From an uncultured Bdellovibrionales bacterium (GTDB taxonomy: Bacteria; Patescibacteriota; Minisyncoccia; Moranbacterales; UBA1568), in assembly GCA_964597355.1 (NCBI GenBank), contig CAZQWS010000001.1, forward strand, positions 24,279 to 88,278: DNA of 64,000 nucleotides, written 5' to 3'. Numbering within the stretch: the stretch's first letter is position 1; each line of letters begins with the position of its first letter. The translations under genes were made by a program, and so were the position numbers. Below the pieces are notes generated by a model, which saw only the letters and a list, made by a program, of their open reading frames with translations, searched no databases and was not told the DNA's origin. Shown here piece after piece: positions 9,902-18,935 of the stretch.

Positions 9902-10075
9902 AGACGCCAGTGTAGCGGAAAATCTCCCTTCCGGCAAGAATTGCCAAAAAGAGAAAAAATGGCTTAACTACGGCGTCAAACGCTTGACGTCGCGCGGGTA
10001 GAGAATAGCCTCTTTGATCGTTTCGAGGCCCAAAAGCTTCTGAATAGCGTTCATAGACGCCAGTGTAGCGGAGAC
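9888..10075. repeat. Direct duplication (~34 nt, two copies ~150 nt apart) of the secD translation-initiation segment
   Basis: CTGAATAGCGTTCATAGACGCCAGTGTAGCGGA is seen at 9888-9920 and again at 10040-10072. Track ORF 9753..10193 translates the same RYTGVYERYSE peptide twice because of it. Confidence 0.8.
9968..10054 (-). CDS. Putative 28-codon upstream ORF (MNAIQKLLGLETIKEAILYPRDVKRLTP). Its first 7 codons and 5' flank duplicate the secD start.
   Basis: A 34-nt direct repeat (CCGCTACACTGGCGTCTATGAACGCTATTCAGAA on the minus strand) occurs at the secD start and again about 150 nt upstream. The second copy opens a short ORF. Coding status unproven. Confidence 0.3.
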   Translation of the reverse strand: MNAIQKLLGLETIKEAILYPRDVKRLTP

Positions 10076-10264
10076 CCCTCCCCGGTAAAGTAAAGGATGT
10101 ATAAACCAATGTCTGTCCCAAGTTCCAAGTAATGAGAGCATCTAAGAAATAACTTCTTCGACACACGAGCCTATATTCTTTACAAGATCCCATATTAATG
10201 ATATTATTTTAAACTCAGGCACAAGCCTCGAGACATAGATCCTTCACAACCAGGAGAGCACATC

Positions 10265-11596
10265 ATGAATGGTACTAACAAGTCCCAACCCGACATACTG
10301 AAGATTGAAGGTGGGTACCCCCTTAAAGGCAAGGTTACTGCGCGTGGTGCGAAAAATACCGTGCCGAAAAATATGGTTGCTGCACTCCTTACTAGTGATA
10401 CTTGCACGATTAGTAATATTCCTCACATCGTTGATGTTGAAATCATGCAAGACATGATTGAGGCATTCGGCGGTAAAGTGAAGTTACTCCATGACCATAT
10501 AATCCGGATAAATGCTTCAACCATCAGCCAAATTCCCCCGGAACAAATGGCATCATTTTCTGGAAAAAGCCGCATTCCCATACTGACCTGCGGTCCCATG
10601 TTGGCACGCACAGGACGAGTGATAGTTCCAGCCCTAGGAGGTTGTCAGATTGGCGATCGGCCGATTGATTTCCATATCGATGCGCTGAAAGCTCTTGGTG
10701 CACGGGTCGAAGTCCATGAAACCCATATCGAGATGTTCGCCGACCGACTACATGGAGCAAGAATTTCTTTGCCATACCCAAGTGTTGGTGCAACCGAGCA
10801 GATTCTTCTCTCGTCGGTCCTAGCAAAAGGAGTGACTGAGCTCAGTAATGCAGCCATAGAACCGGAAATCATGGATCTCATCTCTGTGCTTCAAAAGATG
10901 GGAGCAATCATATCGGTAGACACCCAAAGAGTGATCACTATTAACGGGGTCGAGAAACTTTCTGGATTCAAACATCGCGCGTTACCAGACCGACTGGAAG
11001 CAGCTTCATGGGCATGTCTTGCGGCCGCAACAAATGGCAGGATTTTTGTTCAGGGGGCTGAACAGATGCACATGATGACATTTTTGAATGCTTTTCGCCA
11101 AACAGGAGGCGCATTTGAAGTGAAAGGGTCTGGTATTGAGTTCTGGAGAGCAGGGAAGACACTTACTGCCACAACGCTTGAAACAGATGTCCATCCAGGA
11201 TTCATGACTGATTGGCAACAGCCATTCGTCGTCATGTTGACACAGGCAGACGGACTGTCGGTAGTACACGAGACAGTTTACGAAGGACGATTCGGCTATG
11301 TCCAAGCACTCAAGTCAATGGGGGCACGGATCCAGCTCTACCAGCAGTGTCTTGGGAGGATCCATTGTCGTTTTGCCAATCGCGATGCTCTTCACAGTGC
11401 AGTGATCTCAGGACCCACTACTCTACATGGTGCAGAAATCCATATCCCAGATCTACGTGGTGGCTTCTCCTACATCATTGCGGCACTGGTTGCGCAGGGA
11501 ACCTCAAGATTGCATAATACCCAGCTTATCCGTAGAGGTTACGAGGACATCTTTGGAAAACTGCTGGCGCTCAAGGCAAACATTCAAGAAGAGTAA
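10265..11596 (+). CDS. murA: UDP-N-acetylglucosamine 1-carboxyvinyltransferase
   Basis: 443-aa ORF with a GGAGAG RBS 7 nt upstream. EPT-family motifs (KNTVPKNMVAALL; active-site Cys in LGGCQIGDRPIDFHI). Confidence 0.95.
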   Translation: MNGTNKSQPDILKIEGGYPLKGKVTARGAKNTVPKNMVAALLTSDTCTISNIPHIVDVEIMQDMIEAFGGKVKLLHDHIIRINASTISQIPPEQMASFSGKSRIPILTCGPMLARTGRVIVPALGGCQIGDRPIDFHIDALKALGARVEVHETHIEMFADRLHGARISLPYPSVGATEQILLSSVLAKGVTELSNAAIEPEIMDLISVLQKMGAIISVDTQRVITINGVEKLSGFKHRALPDRLEAASWACLAAATNGRIFVQGAEQMHMMTFLNAFRQTGGAFEVKGSGIEFWRAGKTLTATTLETDVHPGFMTDWQQPFVVMLTQADGLSVVHETVYEGRFGYVQALKSMGARIQLYQQCLGRIHCRFANRDALHSAVISGPTTLHGAEIHIPDLRGGFSYIIAALVAQGTSRLHNTQLIRRGYEDIFGKLLALKANIQEE

Positions 11597-11640
11597 TCAC
11601 AGGAGATCCTCGTACTCTTTATCTTGAACCTTTGAAATTT

Positions 11641-11677
11641 GAGGCGTAGCATGGAAACATGTTACGCCTCTTTTTTA
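11641..11677 (+). terminator. Rho-independent terminator downstream of murA
   Basis: GAGGCGTAGCATG-GAAA-CATGTTACGCCTC followed by TTTTTT. Confidence 0.55.
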
Positions 11678-11715
11678 CTCCTTTAACAGCCACTGAAATA
11701 CAAATCATTTCATTT

Positions 11716-12561
11716 TTAGTTGATCCTCCTATCATTTAAAAAACTAACCACCTCTTCCCTGGGAACTTCTTGGCCTATTTTAAATTCTGGGGTGTACGTA
11801 TGGCCATGCCAGTCACTTCCTCCAGTTATGTATAAACCAAATCTTTTCGCAACACCTCTCATCACATTTATATTCTCTGAAGTATTTCTTGGATAATAGA
11901 TTTCTAAACCCAAAAGTCCATCTTTAACAAACTCGGATACCATTTTTTCGTATTTTACCAAACCCATTTTTTGAAGTTCTCTTCCGGAATGCGCTAGAAC
12001 AGGAATACCTCCAGCTGAAATAATCAATCTAAAGCTTTCTTTTGGAGATATCATCCAGGAATTATCTTCCTGGACAAAAACATACTGTTTGAGGGCGTCC
12101 TTGATAGAAATAGCTCCTTTCAGATGCTCAACGAGTAGTCTAGCCAAAGTATTTCGACTGACATATGCTTCGTTATTCTGGACAGACAAAGATTTGAAAT
12201 CTAAGTTTAATGTCGAAAACTCTTTATTTAACTTGGCAATTATTGACTGTGCTCGACGATTGTAGCCACCAACAGTCCCCATCAGTTCTTTATTTAGAAG
12301 CCTATGATTGAGTTTTTTACCATATCCAAGGACGTGTAAAGATATCTCAGAAGTTGAGGTTTTGAACAGGGTTGAAATCTCAATACCTTGGATAAGGCTT
12401 ATCCGTTTTTCGCTTAGTTTCAAAAGTTCCGCCTCTGGCAGAAAATTATGATCAGTAATAGAAAGTAGCGTAACCCCTTTACGTACGGCTTCTAAAACAA
12501 TTTCTTCCGGAGAGTTCTCGCCATCGGAAAAAAAGGAATGGGTGTGTAAATCAATGTTCAT
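11716..12561 (-). CDS. PHP-domain metal-dependent phosphoesterase
   Basis: PHP motifs DLHTHSFFSDG, ITDHN, GGSDWHG. Probable start is MNIDLHTHS (12561). The track ORF extends to 12615. Confidence 0.75.
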   Translation of the reverse strand: MNIDLHTHSFFSDGENSPEEIVLEAVRKGVTLLSITDHNFLPEAELLKLSEKRISLIQGIEISTLFKTSTSEISLHVLGYGKKLNHRLLNKELMGTVGGYNRRAQSIIAKLNKEFSTLNLDFKSLSVQNNEAYVSRNTLARLLVEHLKGAISIKDALKQYVFVQEDNSWMISPKESFRLIISAGGIPVLAHSGRELQKMGLVKYEKMVSEFVKDGLLGLEIYYPRNTSENINVMRGVAKRFGLYITGGSDWHGHTYTPEFKIGQEVPREEVVSFLNDRRIN

Positions 12562-12666
12562 AAAATGATTGTAGCTCAGTCCTCTTTGTAGCCTTCTGCC
12601 TATAAGTAATAGCATAAAAAAACCTCGCGAGATAGAGGATATCGAATCTCGCGAGGAAGTAAATAC

Positions 12667-13434
12667 TCAGTGCTTGCAAAGCAGCGAGCAGACTTGTTGA
12701 TAGTTTGCCCTAAACTGATCACCGTGGATAACCATATTAAGCAAGCTTTCATACCAATTCATGAGTAAGACACCTCCTTCAAAATCGATAGCTTTCTTGC
12801 ATCGGAACAAAAAATCTACCGCTGGGGAAGAATCTACGCCGTACACTCTGTCGAACGATTCAATGCACCCATCAAGATTAGATGGTGGGATGGCGTAATC
12901 CATCCTATGCTTACACGCCTGATATGTAAGTGCATTACCAGGTCCATGCAACAGCTTACTGACAAAAATCCGACTTTCTTCCCTATGAAACGATCTAACA
13001 AGCTGACGGCGACAAATTGTCCGGTTATCATGAAGAACATATGCTGTCAGATCAGCAAACGAAAACGAATGAGCAGAGGTACTAATCGGGGTGATTCGGA
13101 ACTTTCCTTTCAGGTCATGGCCAAAGACTAGTGATGGATTGTATCTTGGATACCACAGCGGTGAATTCCTATCAGGAAATTCATCATCCGTATGAGGGAC
13201 GAGATCAATATCCTGTCCGGTCTCTTTGCAAAGTAGCACTCGCAACGCACGTAATGCGTGATAGTGTTGCGAATCAACAACACCAAAATCACTTTGCACT
13301 ATGACAGCAATATCCATATCCACAGATGACTCATTATAAAGCCAAGATCCGTAAACTCTGGCATCAGTCACACAACCGATGTGCTGCAACGCTTCTTTGA
13401 CCTGCAACAGAACCTGTTGTCTAGATATTTCCAT
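12667..13434 (-). CDS. Nucleotidyltransferase-domain protein (Pol-beta superfamily; KNTase/ANT-like size and layout)
   Basis: N-terminal NTase signature YGSWLYNESSVDMDIAV (GS...D.D) followed by a ~150-aa helical C-terminal domain. 255 aa. Confidence 0.6.
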   Translation of the reverse strand: MEISRQQVLLQVKEALQHIGCVTDARVYGSWLYNESSVDMDIAVIVQSDFGVVDSQHYHALRALRVLLCKETGQDIDLVPHTDDEFPDRNSPLWYPRYNPSLVFGHDLKGKFRITPISTSAHSFSFADLTAYVLHDNRTICRRQLVRSFHREESRIFVSKLLHGPGNALTYQACKHRMDYAIPPSNLDGCIESFDRVYGVDSSPAVDFLFRCKKAIDFEGGVLLMNWYESLLNMVIHGDQFRANYQQVCSLLCKH

Positions 13435-13541
13435 GTCACTCTCCTGTTGTAAAACAACTCGTCAAAATCATCATAACTTTGACAAAATACTGTAACACGA
13501 GTTCACTGGAAATACAAGGGCAATCTGTTTATTCAATTCAT

Positions 13542-14126
13542 CTATGAAAATTGACTTTCCTTTGCCAAAGCTTGCCATTTTTGAATAAGCCTTGCTGTTC
13601 CTTCATGGTGAATTGCCTGAATCATAGTCGAGGCTTCTTCGATAGTCACAAAGTGCATTTCTTTACATTTCTCAGGCTCCATGATTTTCGGTTCTTGCCC
13701 CTCTGGAAGAAGGACGAGAAAACAGAGGTTGTAAATACTTTTCCGATAGCCGAAGACTTCTTTGGGATAGTCAAAGCGGTAAATATCCAGGGGAATGGGA
13801 CTAACAAGCATCGCACCCGTAATCCCTGTTTCTTCTTCCAATTCTTTGAGCGCTACACTGACTAGATCAGGACTGCCATCGGCATGGCCGCCCGGCTGGG
13901 TCCATCTTCCTATTTTTGTATGCCACAGAAAGAGCGCTTTTTTGAAGTCCCGTGTGACTAGGAGCACTGAAGCAGCGATATGTTTTGCATCTTCTTTCGC
14001 TTTTCGCTCGAAGCAGTCCGAATTTTTTGAAACATATTGAATGAACTCTGTGATAGTTTCTTTCTCATCAAAAGAAGCGGTTAACTCATATCCTTTCAAG
14101 AGTTGTAACAATGGTTCTCGGTGCAT
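13542..14126 (-). CDS. NUDIX hydrolase
   Basis: Nudix box GGHADGSPDLVSVALKELEEETGI (G-x5-E-x7-REUxEExGU pattern). Confidence 0.8.
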   Translation of the reverse strand: MHREPLLQLLKGYELTASFDEKETITEFIQYVSKNSDCFERKAKEDAKHIAASVLLVTRDFKKALFLWHTKIGRWTQPGGHADGSPDLVSVALKELEEETGITGAMLVSPIPLDIYRFDYPKEVFGYRKSIYNLCFLVLLPEGQEPKIMEPEKCKEMHFVTIEEASTMIQAIHHEGTARLIQKWQALAKESQFS

Positions 14127-14183
14127 AAAGATCAGGGTTCCCTAAAAATGCCCTCACGCAGATAGAAAGTAGCTTCTTGGACA

Positions 14184-15587
14184 TTATTTCTTCAGAGTAA
14201 TCCCCAGTTCGAGAAGCTGCTCACGAGAAACTTCTGATGGTGACTCCATCATTGGATCCTTCCCTTCTCCGGTCTTGGCAAAGGCAATCACCTCGCGAAT
14301 ATTGGGTTCGTTCTGAAGCAGCATCATGAGCCGGTCAAAGCCAAAAGCCAATCCTCCGTGTGGTGGTGTTCCCGAAGCAAGCGCCTCGAGCATATGACCG
14401 AAATTTTGTTCAATCCGTTCATCACTATAGCCCATAACGCGAAATACTTGTTTGAGAGCCTCGGGATTATGATTACGAATCCCTCCCCCACCAATTTCAT
14501 AACCATTCAAAACCATGTCATACTGGGCCGCCACGATCTCACCAATATTCTTTCCATCCATCAAATCTGCTATATACTCCGGCTTCGGCGCTGAAAAAGG
14601 ATTGTGAGTGAAAGTCCACTTCCCATCATCTGTTTTTTCAAAAAAAGGAAAATCGATCACCCAGCAAAATGCCAAGAGATTTGGATCATTTTTATCCTCC
14701 CGCAGGTCAGGCTTGTCTGAACCATACTTGGACATTGCTTCCTGGTAACTGAGCCGTGGAAAAGGAAGCTGCTGAATTCTTTTTTCCGGATATACTGTTT
14801 TCACGAGCTCAACTATCATCTTTTCATTGAGCGACATGACTGTTTCTTGGTCTACAAAACTCATTTCAAGGTCTACCTGGGTAAATTCAGGCTGACGGTC
14901 TCCTCGAGTGTCCTCATCTCGAAAACAGCGGGCTATTTGGAAATACCGCTCAAACCCAGCGGCCATGAGAAGTTGCTTGTACTGCTGGGGAGATTGGGGC
15001 AAGGCGTAGAATTTTCCCTTGTCCAGACGAGAGGGAACAACGTAATCGCGTGAACCCTCCGGGGTCGACTTGGTCATGTTGGGCGTCTCAATCTCGACAA
15101 AGCTCTCTTTGGTATAAAAGTCCCGGACAAAATGCATCGCCTGGTGCCGCATCCGGATGTTCTGCTGCATCCGTTCTCGTCGCAGGTCAAGGTAACGGTA
15201 CTTTAACCGAGTTTCTTCGTTTACTTCTTTACCATCAGTCGAGAGGTCAAACACTGGCGTCGTTGCTTCATTGAGCACAGCCATACTCAATACTTCAATC
15301 TCAATCGTCCCATTTGATTGTTCCGGATTAATGAGCTTTTCCGGTCGAGCATTGACCTGCCCTGTCACCTGGATTACCCATTCTGGCCGAACCGTTTGTG
15401 CAATAACCTGAGCATCAGCATGATTAGGTAGGACCACCATTTGAATCTTGCCACTCCGATCCCGCAGATCTAAAAATATAAGCTTTCCGTGATCTCGACG
15501 GATATCCACCCAACCAGAAAGAGTTACTTGCTTTCCGATAAATTCTTTAGCCTCGCTAATAAGTGTTCGTTCAGTCATATGTTTCAA
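14184..15587 (-). CDS. aspS: Aspartate--tRNA ligase (short form without GAD insertion)
   Basis: N-terminal OB fold. Class II motif CFRDEDTRGDRQPEFTQVDLEMSF is diagnostic of AspRS over AsnRS. GGGGIRNHN near the C-terminus. 467 aa. Confidence 0.9.
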   Translation of the reverse strand: MKHMTERTLISEAKEFIGKQVTLSGWVDIRRDHGKLIFLDLRDRSGKIQMVVLPNHADAQVIAQTVRPEWVIQVTGQVNARPEKLINPEQSNGTIEIEVLSMAVLNEATTPVFDLSTDGKEVNEETRLKYRYLDLRRERMQQNIRMRHQAMHFVRDFYTKESFVEIETPNMTKSTPEGSRDYVVPSRLDKGKFYALPQSPQQYKQLLMAAGFERYFQIARCFRDEDTRGDRQPEFTQVDLEMSFVDQETVMSLNEKMIVELVKTVYPEKRIQQLPFPRLSYQEAMSKYGSDKPDLREDKNDPNLLAFCWVIDFPFFEKTDDGKWTFTHNPFSAPKPEYIADLMDGKNIGEIVAAQYDMVLNGYEIGGGGIRNHNPEALKQVFRVMGYSDERIEQNFGHMLEALASGTPPHGGLAFGFDRLMMLLQNEPNIREVIAFAKTGEGKDPMMESPSEVSREQLLELGITLKK

Positions 15588-15589
15588 AA

Positions 15590-16012
15590 CTATTGAGTAA
15601 CCGGACTTTCGCCGAGATAACGCTTCACTTCATCCACTACTTGTGAAGGAGTAAAGGCCGTCTTGGAAATAAATCCCGTGGCCCCCGCCTTCTTGGCTGC
15701 TTCTTGCTCTTCAGGACCCGAGAGATTGCTAAAGACAACTACTTTGAGGTTTTTATCGTATTCTGCCTTACCCCGCAACTCATGTAGGACCTCAAGTCCT
15801 GGCATTTCGGGCAAAACCATATCGAGCAGTACCAAATCAAACGAGGTTTCAGCAATCCGCTTCAAGGCTTCATGCCCCGTTTTAGCATTGAAGATCTCAA
15901 ACCCAGCGTCACCGAGCTTTTTCTCGTAGATCTCCGCAATAAACGCATCATCTTCGACAAGGAGAATTTTTGCCATAGAGTCTATTTGGTCACGCCCTAG
16001 CTTAGCAAACAA
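15590..16012 (-). CDS. Response regulator, receiver domain only (CheY-like)
   Basis: KILLVEDDAFIAEIY...FDLVLLDMVLPEMPGLEVL...KVVVFSNLS. 140 aa with no output domain. Its start abuts the histidine kinase stop. Confidence 0.85.
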   Translation of the reverse strand: MFAKLGRDQIDSMAKILLVEDDAFIAEIYEKKLGDAGFEIFNAKTGHEALKRIAETSFDLVLLDMVLPEMPGLEVLHELRGKAEYDKNLKVVVFSNLSGPEEQEAAKKAGATGFISKTAFTPSQVVDEVKRYLGESPVTQ

Positions 16013-17707
16013 TTAGTGTGCCGACAACCGCTTCACCTTCTCCGCCACATGGATTGGGAGTTCGAGTACAAATTTCGCTCCCTTGCCCTTGCCTTCCGAA
16101 TGAGCGGTAATCGTCCCTCCATGAGCTTCAGCAAATTTGCGTCCGACAAAGAGCCCGAGTCCCGTACTCGAAACATTGACGCGCTCCGCCTGGGAACCGC
16201 GTTCAAATTTCTTGAAGAGATGAGGCAAATCATGCGGGTCAATACCCATACCCGTATCAGAGATTACCACCCCAACGCATTCGTGGTCGTGTTGTTCAAA
16301 GGAAACCGTGACTGATCCGCCTTCTGGCGTGTACTTCAAAGAATTATCGATCATATTTGAAATCACTTCGCGAATTTTGTTGGCGTCGAGCGAGAGCATG
16401 GGCAAGGGTTTCGCTGGTCGTTCAACTTTGAAGCGAATTCCCTTCTCTCTCGCTGCGAGGATAAACATGTCATCGAGCTCATTCACTATATCTTCGATAT
16501 GCGTCGGGGCAAATTGGTACTGGATCCGGCCAGCTTCAATGCGCGAGATATTAAGGAGGTTCTCCACCAAAGCCATCAGTCGATTATTGGCAATCGTCAC
16601 TTTGTGGAGCGTCTCCTTGATTTGAGGTTCAAGTTTGCCATAGGCTCCCTCCAAGAGAAGGTCGAGGAAACCACGGATAGCAGTCAGTGGTGTCCGCAAC
16701 TGATGGGAAGCGATCGAGATGAATTCCGATTTTGACGCATCGAGCCGCTTGAGTTCCGTATTGGCCACCGATAACTCCTTACTCAACACTTCGAGCTCTT
16801 CCTTGCGCTTGATTTCAAAATGCACAGCCCGAATAAGGAACATCCCTAAAGTAAACATCAGAACAAACGTAATCGTAGTAAGAATTTGGTTCCCCAAAGT
16901 TTTCGCTAAAAAAATTTGTGCCCCACTCATAATAACGAGCGCCATGACCAAAGCTTGAGTGCTGATGAGCTTCACATTGAACGTCTGGTACTTGACGATG
17001 CTATACGCAAAGAAACCAGAAAGAAGGGTCATACCAAAAAGCCCGATAGCTCCGATAGTCCAATCGTCAGTGATACTGCCGTAGAGGTTTCCCCCGGTAA
17101 ATGAAACAAGGAAAACAATAATTCCCGTCATGATAGCCAATCGTTCACGTCGACTACGCTCCGCATGTACATTGTGTAGGCTAGAGATAGCAAACAACGT
17201 AATCCAAAGAATGAAGATCGTTTCAATAGTATAGGAGTAATACGCAAAGGTAGACTCATTAGGAAGACAGTTGGCAATGTCAAAGCTTGAAAGGGTAAGG
17301 GTCGTGGGGACCAAAAATATTTGCGGAAGAAAGATAAGGAAAGCAATGAGCTTTTTCTTAAAAGGCATGTCCCGTCCGGTAAGCAAGAGGTGAGCGAGGT
17401 AGAGCATGCAAATGTGCACCATCGGCTCTATAAGAACAATAGTAGTCCAGACAAACATGATCGTATCTGCACGGTTGGCCGCCCAGAACATCTGGTCCAA
17501 GAAAACCCACGAACCAAAGAAAATCATCGCCGCAAAGAAAATACGATTCTCTATCTGCTGGCGGTTACTCCAAAAAACGAAGAATCCCAAAAGAAACGCT
17601 ACCACGAAAATAGGTATATGCGAAACATACACGAGACTGGGGATGTCGTTAAAAAGAAGAAAGGTGGGATCAGCTATATCACACCTGATTGATTCGAGTA
17701 TATCCAT
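16013..17707 (-). CDS. Sensor histidine kinase with multi-TM N-terminal sensor region
   Basis: About 7 TM segments, then a coiled coil, the HisKA H-box SIASHQLRTPLTAIRGF, and HATPase_c (GGSVTV...DTGMGI...GLGLFV). Confidence 0.85.
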   Translation of the reverse strand: MDILESIRCDIADPTFLLFNDIPSLVYVSHIPIFVVAFLLGFFVFWSNRQQIENRIFFAAMIFFGSWVFLDQMFWAANRADTIMFVWTTIVLIEPMVHICMLYLAHLLLTGRDMPFKKKLIAFLIFLPQIFLVPTTLTLSSFDIANCLPNESTFAYYSYTIETIFILWITLFAISSLHNVHAERSRRERLAIMTGIIVFLVSFTGGNLYGSITDDWTIGAIGLFGMTLLSGFFAYSIVKYQTFNVKLISTQALVMALVIMSGAQIFLAKTLGNQILTTITFVLMFTLGMFLIRAVHFEIKRKEELEVLSKELSVANTELKRLDASKSEFISIASHQLRTPLTAIRGFLDLLLEGAYGKLEPQIKETLHKVTIANNRLMALVENLLNISRIEAGRIQYQFAPTHIEDIVNELDDMFILAAREKGIRFKVERPAKPLPMLSLDANKIREVISNMIDNSLKYTPEGGSVTVSFEQHDHECVGVVISDTGMGIDPHDLPHLFKKFERGSQAERVNVSSTGLGLFVGRKFAEAHGGTITAHSEGKGKGAKFVLELPIHVAEKVKRLSAH

Positions 17708-17724
17708 ATTTATGTTTGTATATA

Positions 17725-18678
17725 TTATGCCATGTCTTTACGTGCCAGCATAAGCACCATGCCGTCGTAACCAAATTGTGTAGCATCACTACCGTCCAAA
17801 ACTTTGGTAGTGACGCAAGTAAACCCTCTTTTCCTGAGTTCTTCTTGAAGAAATATTTCATCCACCGGATACGCTGGTACCTGACCATCACCAGAGCGAT
17901 ACCACTGGGCATGTCGTATGGCCATCATTGAAAAAAATCCGCCTGGTTTTACTTTTGCTGTCAGGCTATCGAGTCCTCGTTGCCATTCTTTGGCATGGTC
18001 AGTAGCTGATTCTAGCAAAAAATGCGACGTAACCACCCCGCATTGCTTTGCCCCAAAAGAAGCGATGGTATCAGCAAGGGCGGTACTCTCCTTGCTTTCA
18101 AGGGTAGGTGAAAAAACATCTGCCGATACCAACCCTCCCTTCATTTTCTCCTTCACCTTCTCCTGCCAAGCTTCTACCGATTGAATCCCGTTCTTTATAA
18201 GTTCATCTTTCAAAGGGGCGAAAGCTGGATTATCACCGTATTCTTTCAATAAAACTCGAAAATACCCCTGCCAATCGTAAGCCTCTTTTCGGCCTTCAAG
18301 AAATAACTGGATTTCTGTCCGATTTTCTTCACGAGGTTCGGCGTGAATGATTTTCCTCGCTACCAATGAAAAAGGAAGGTGCTGGTAAATCGTGGGCCCA
18401 CCGCCCATGTCGAGCACTACGACTTCACCAGTGGGATACACTGAACGTATTCCACAGGCAACAAGAGAAAGATGATAGAGGAGAGCGGCATTTTCTACGA
18501 CTTCAGAGGGAAGTTGGTACTCCGTAGCAAGCCGAGAGACATCGATGACCCCTTGGCCAGACTGGAAAGCTTCTCGTAAAGCTACCAAAGCAGCCCCAAA
18601 GGCCTGTTCATCGAAGTCACTCGGATAATACGTCTCGAGATAATGCCGTCCCAACTGGGCGAGAGGACTGGATTCCAT
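17725..18678 (-). CDS. Class I SAM-dependent methyltransferase, NNMT/PNMT/TEMT-like
   Basis: Motif I VVVLDMGGGPTIYQHL closely matches the NNMT/PNMT/TEMT family signature (LIDIGSGPTIYQ). 317 aa. Confidence 0.65.
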   Translation of the reverse strand: MESSPLAQLGRHYLETYYPSDFDEQAFGAALVALREAFQSGQGVIDVSRLATEYQLPSEVVENAALLYHLSLVACGIRSVYPTGEVVVLDMGGGPTIYQHLPFSLVARKIIHAEPREENRTEIQLFLEGRKEAYDWQGYFRVLLKEYGDNPAFAPLKDELIKNGIQSVEAWQEKVKEKMKGGLVSADVFSPTLESKESTALADTIASFGAKQCGVVTSHFLLESATDHAKEWQRGLDSLTAKVKPGGFFSMMAIRHAQWYRSGDGQVPAYPVDEIFLQEELRKRGFTCVTTKVLDGSDATQFGYDGMVLMLARKDMA

Positions 18679-18695
18679 AGAAGGGCTTACAGTAT

Positions 18696-18935
18696 TTACT
18701 CTTCAGTTTCCACTGGAGCAGCTGCTTCCTCTCCAGACTCTGTTTCCTCTGAAGGGCTCTCAATCTGACTAAGATCAATAAAGAAATTCTTAGCTACCAA
18801 AAAACGATGAGCGGCAAACAAGATAGACCCCGCCAAAAGAAAAGCAAAGACCCAAAAAAGTATTTTTGAATTGCGGTCAATGGTTACCATACGTTTTAAA
18901 AGGTAAAAACTTTTTAAGCAAAAAAAGAACCACAA
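18696..18935 (-). CDS. Hypothetical small membrane protein with acidic C-terminus
   Basis: 79-aa ORF with one TM segment (ILFWVFAFLLAGSILFAA) and tail ...SEETESGEEAAAPVETEE. Overlaps the next gene by 59 nt in another frame. Coding status uncertain. Confidence 0.3.
   Translation of the reverse strand: MWFFFCLKSFYLLKRMVTIDRNSKILFWVFAFLLAGSILFAAHRFLVAKNFFIDLSQIESPSEETESGEEAAAPVETEE

Noticed and set aside
9753-10193. 146-aa minus-strand ORF in the secD/murA intergenic region
   Set aside because: It is an artefact of the direct duplication (the same peptide RYTGVYERYSE is translated twice). It is in a different frame from secD and has no start context.
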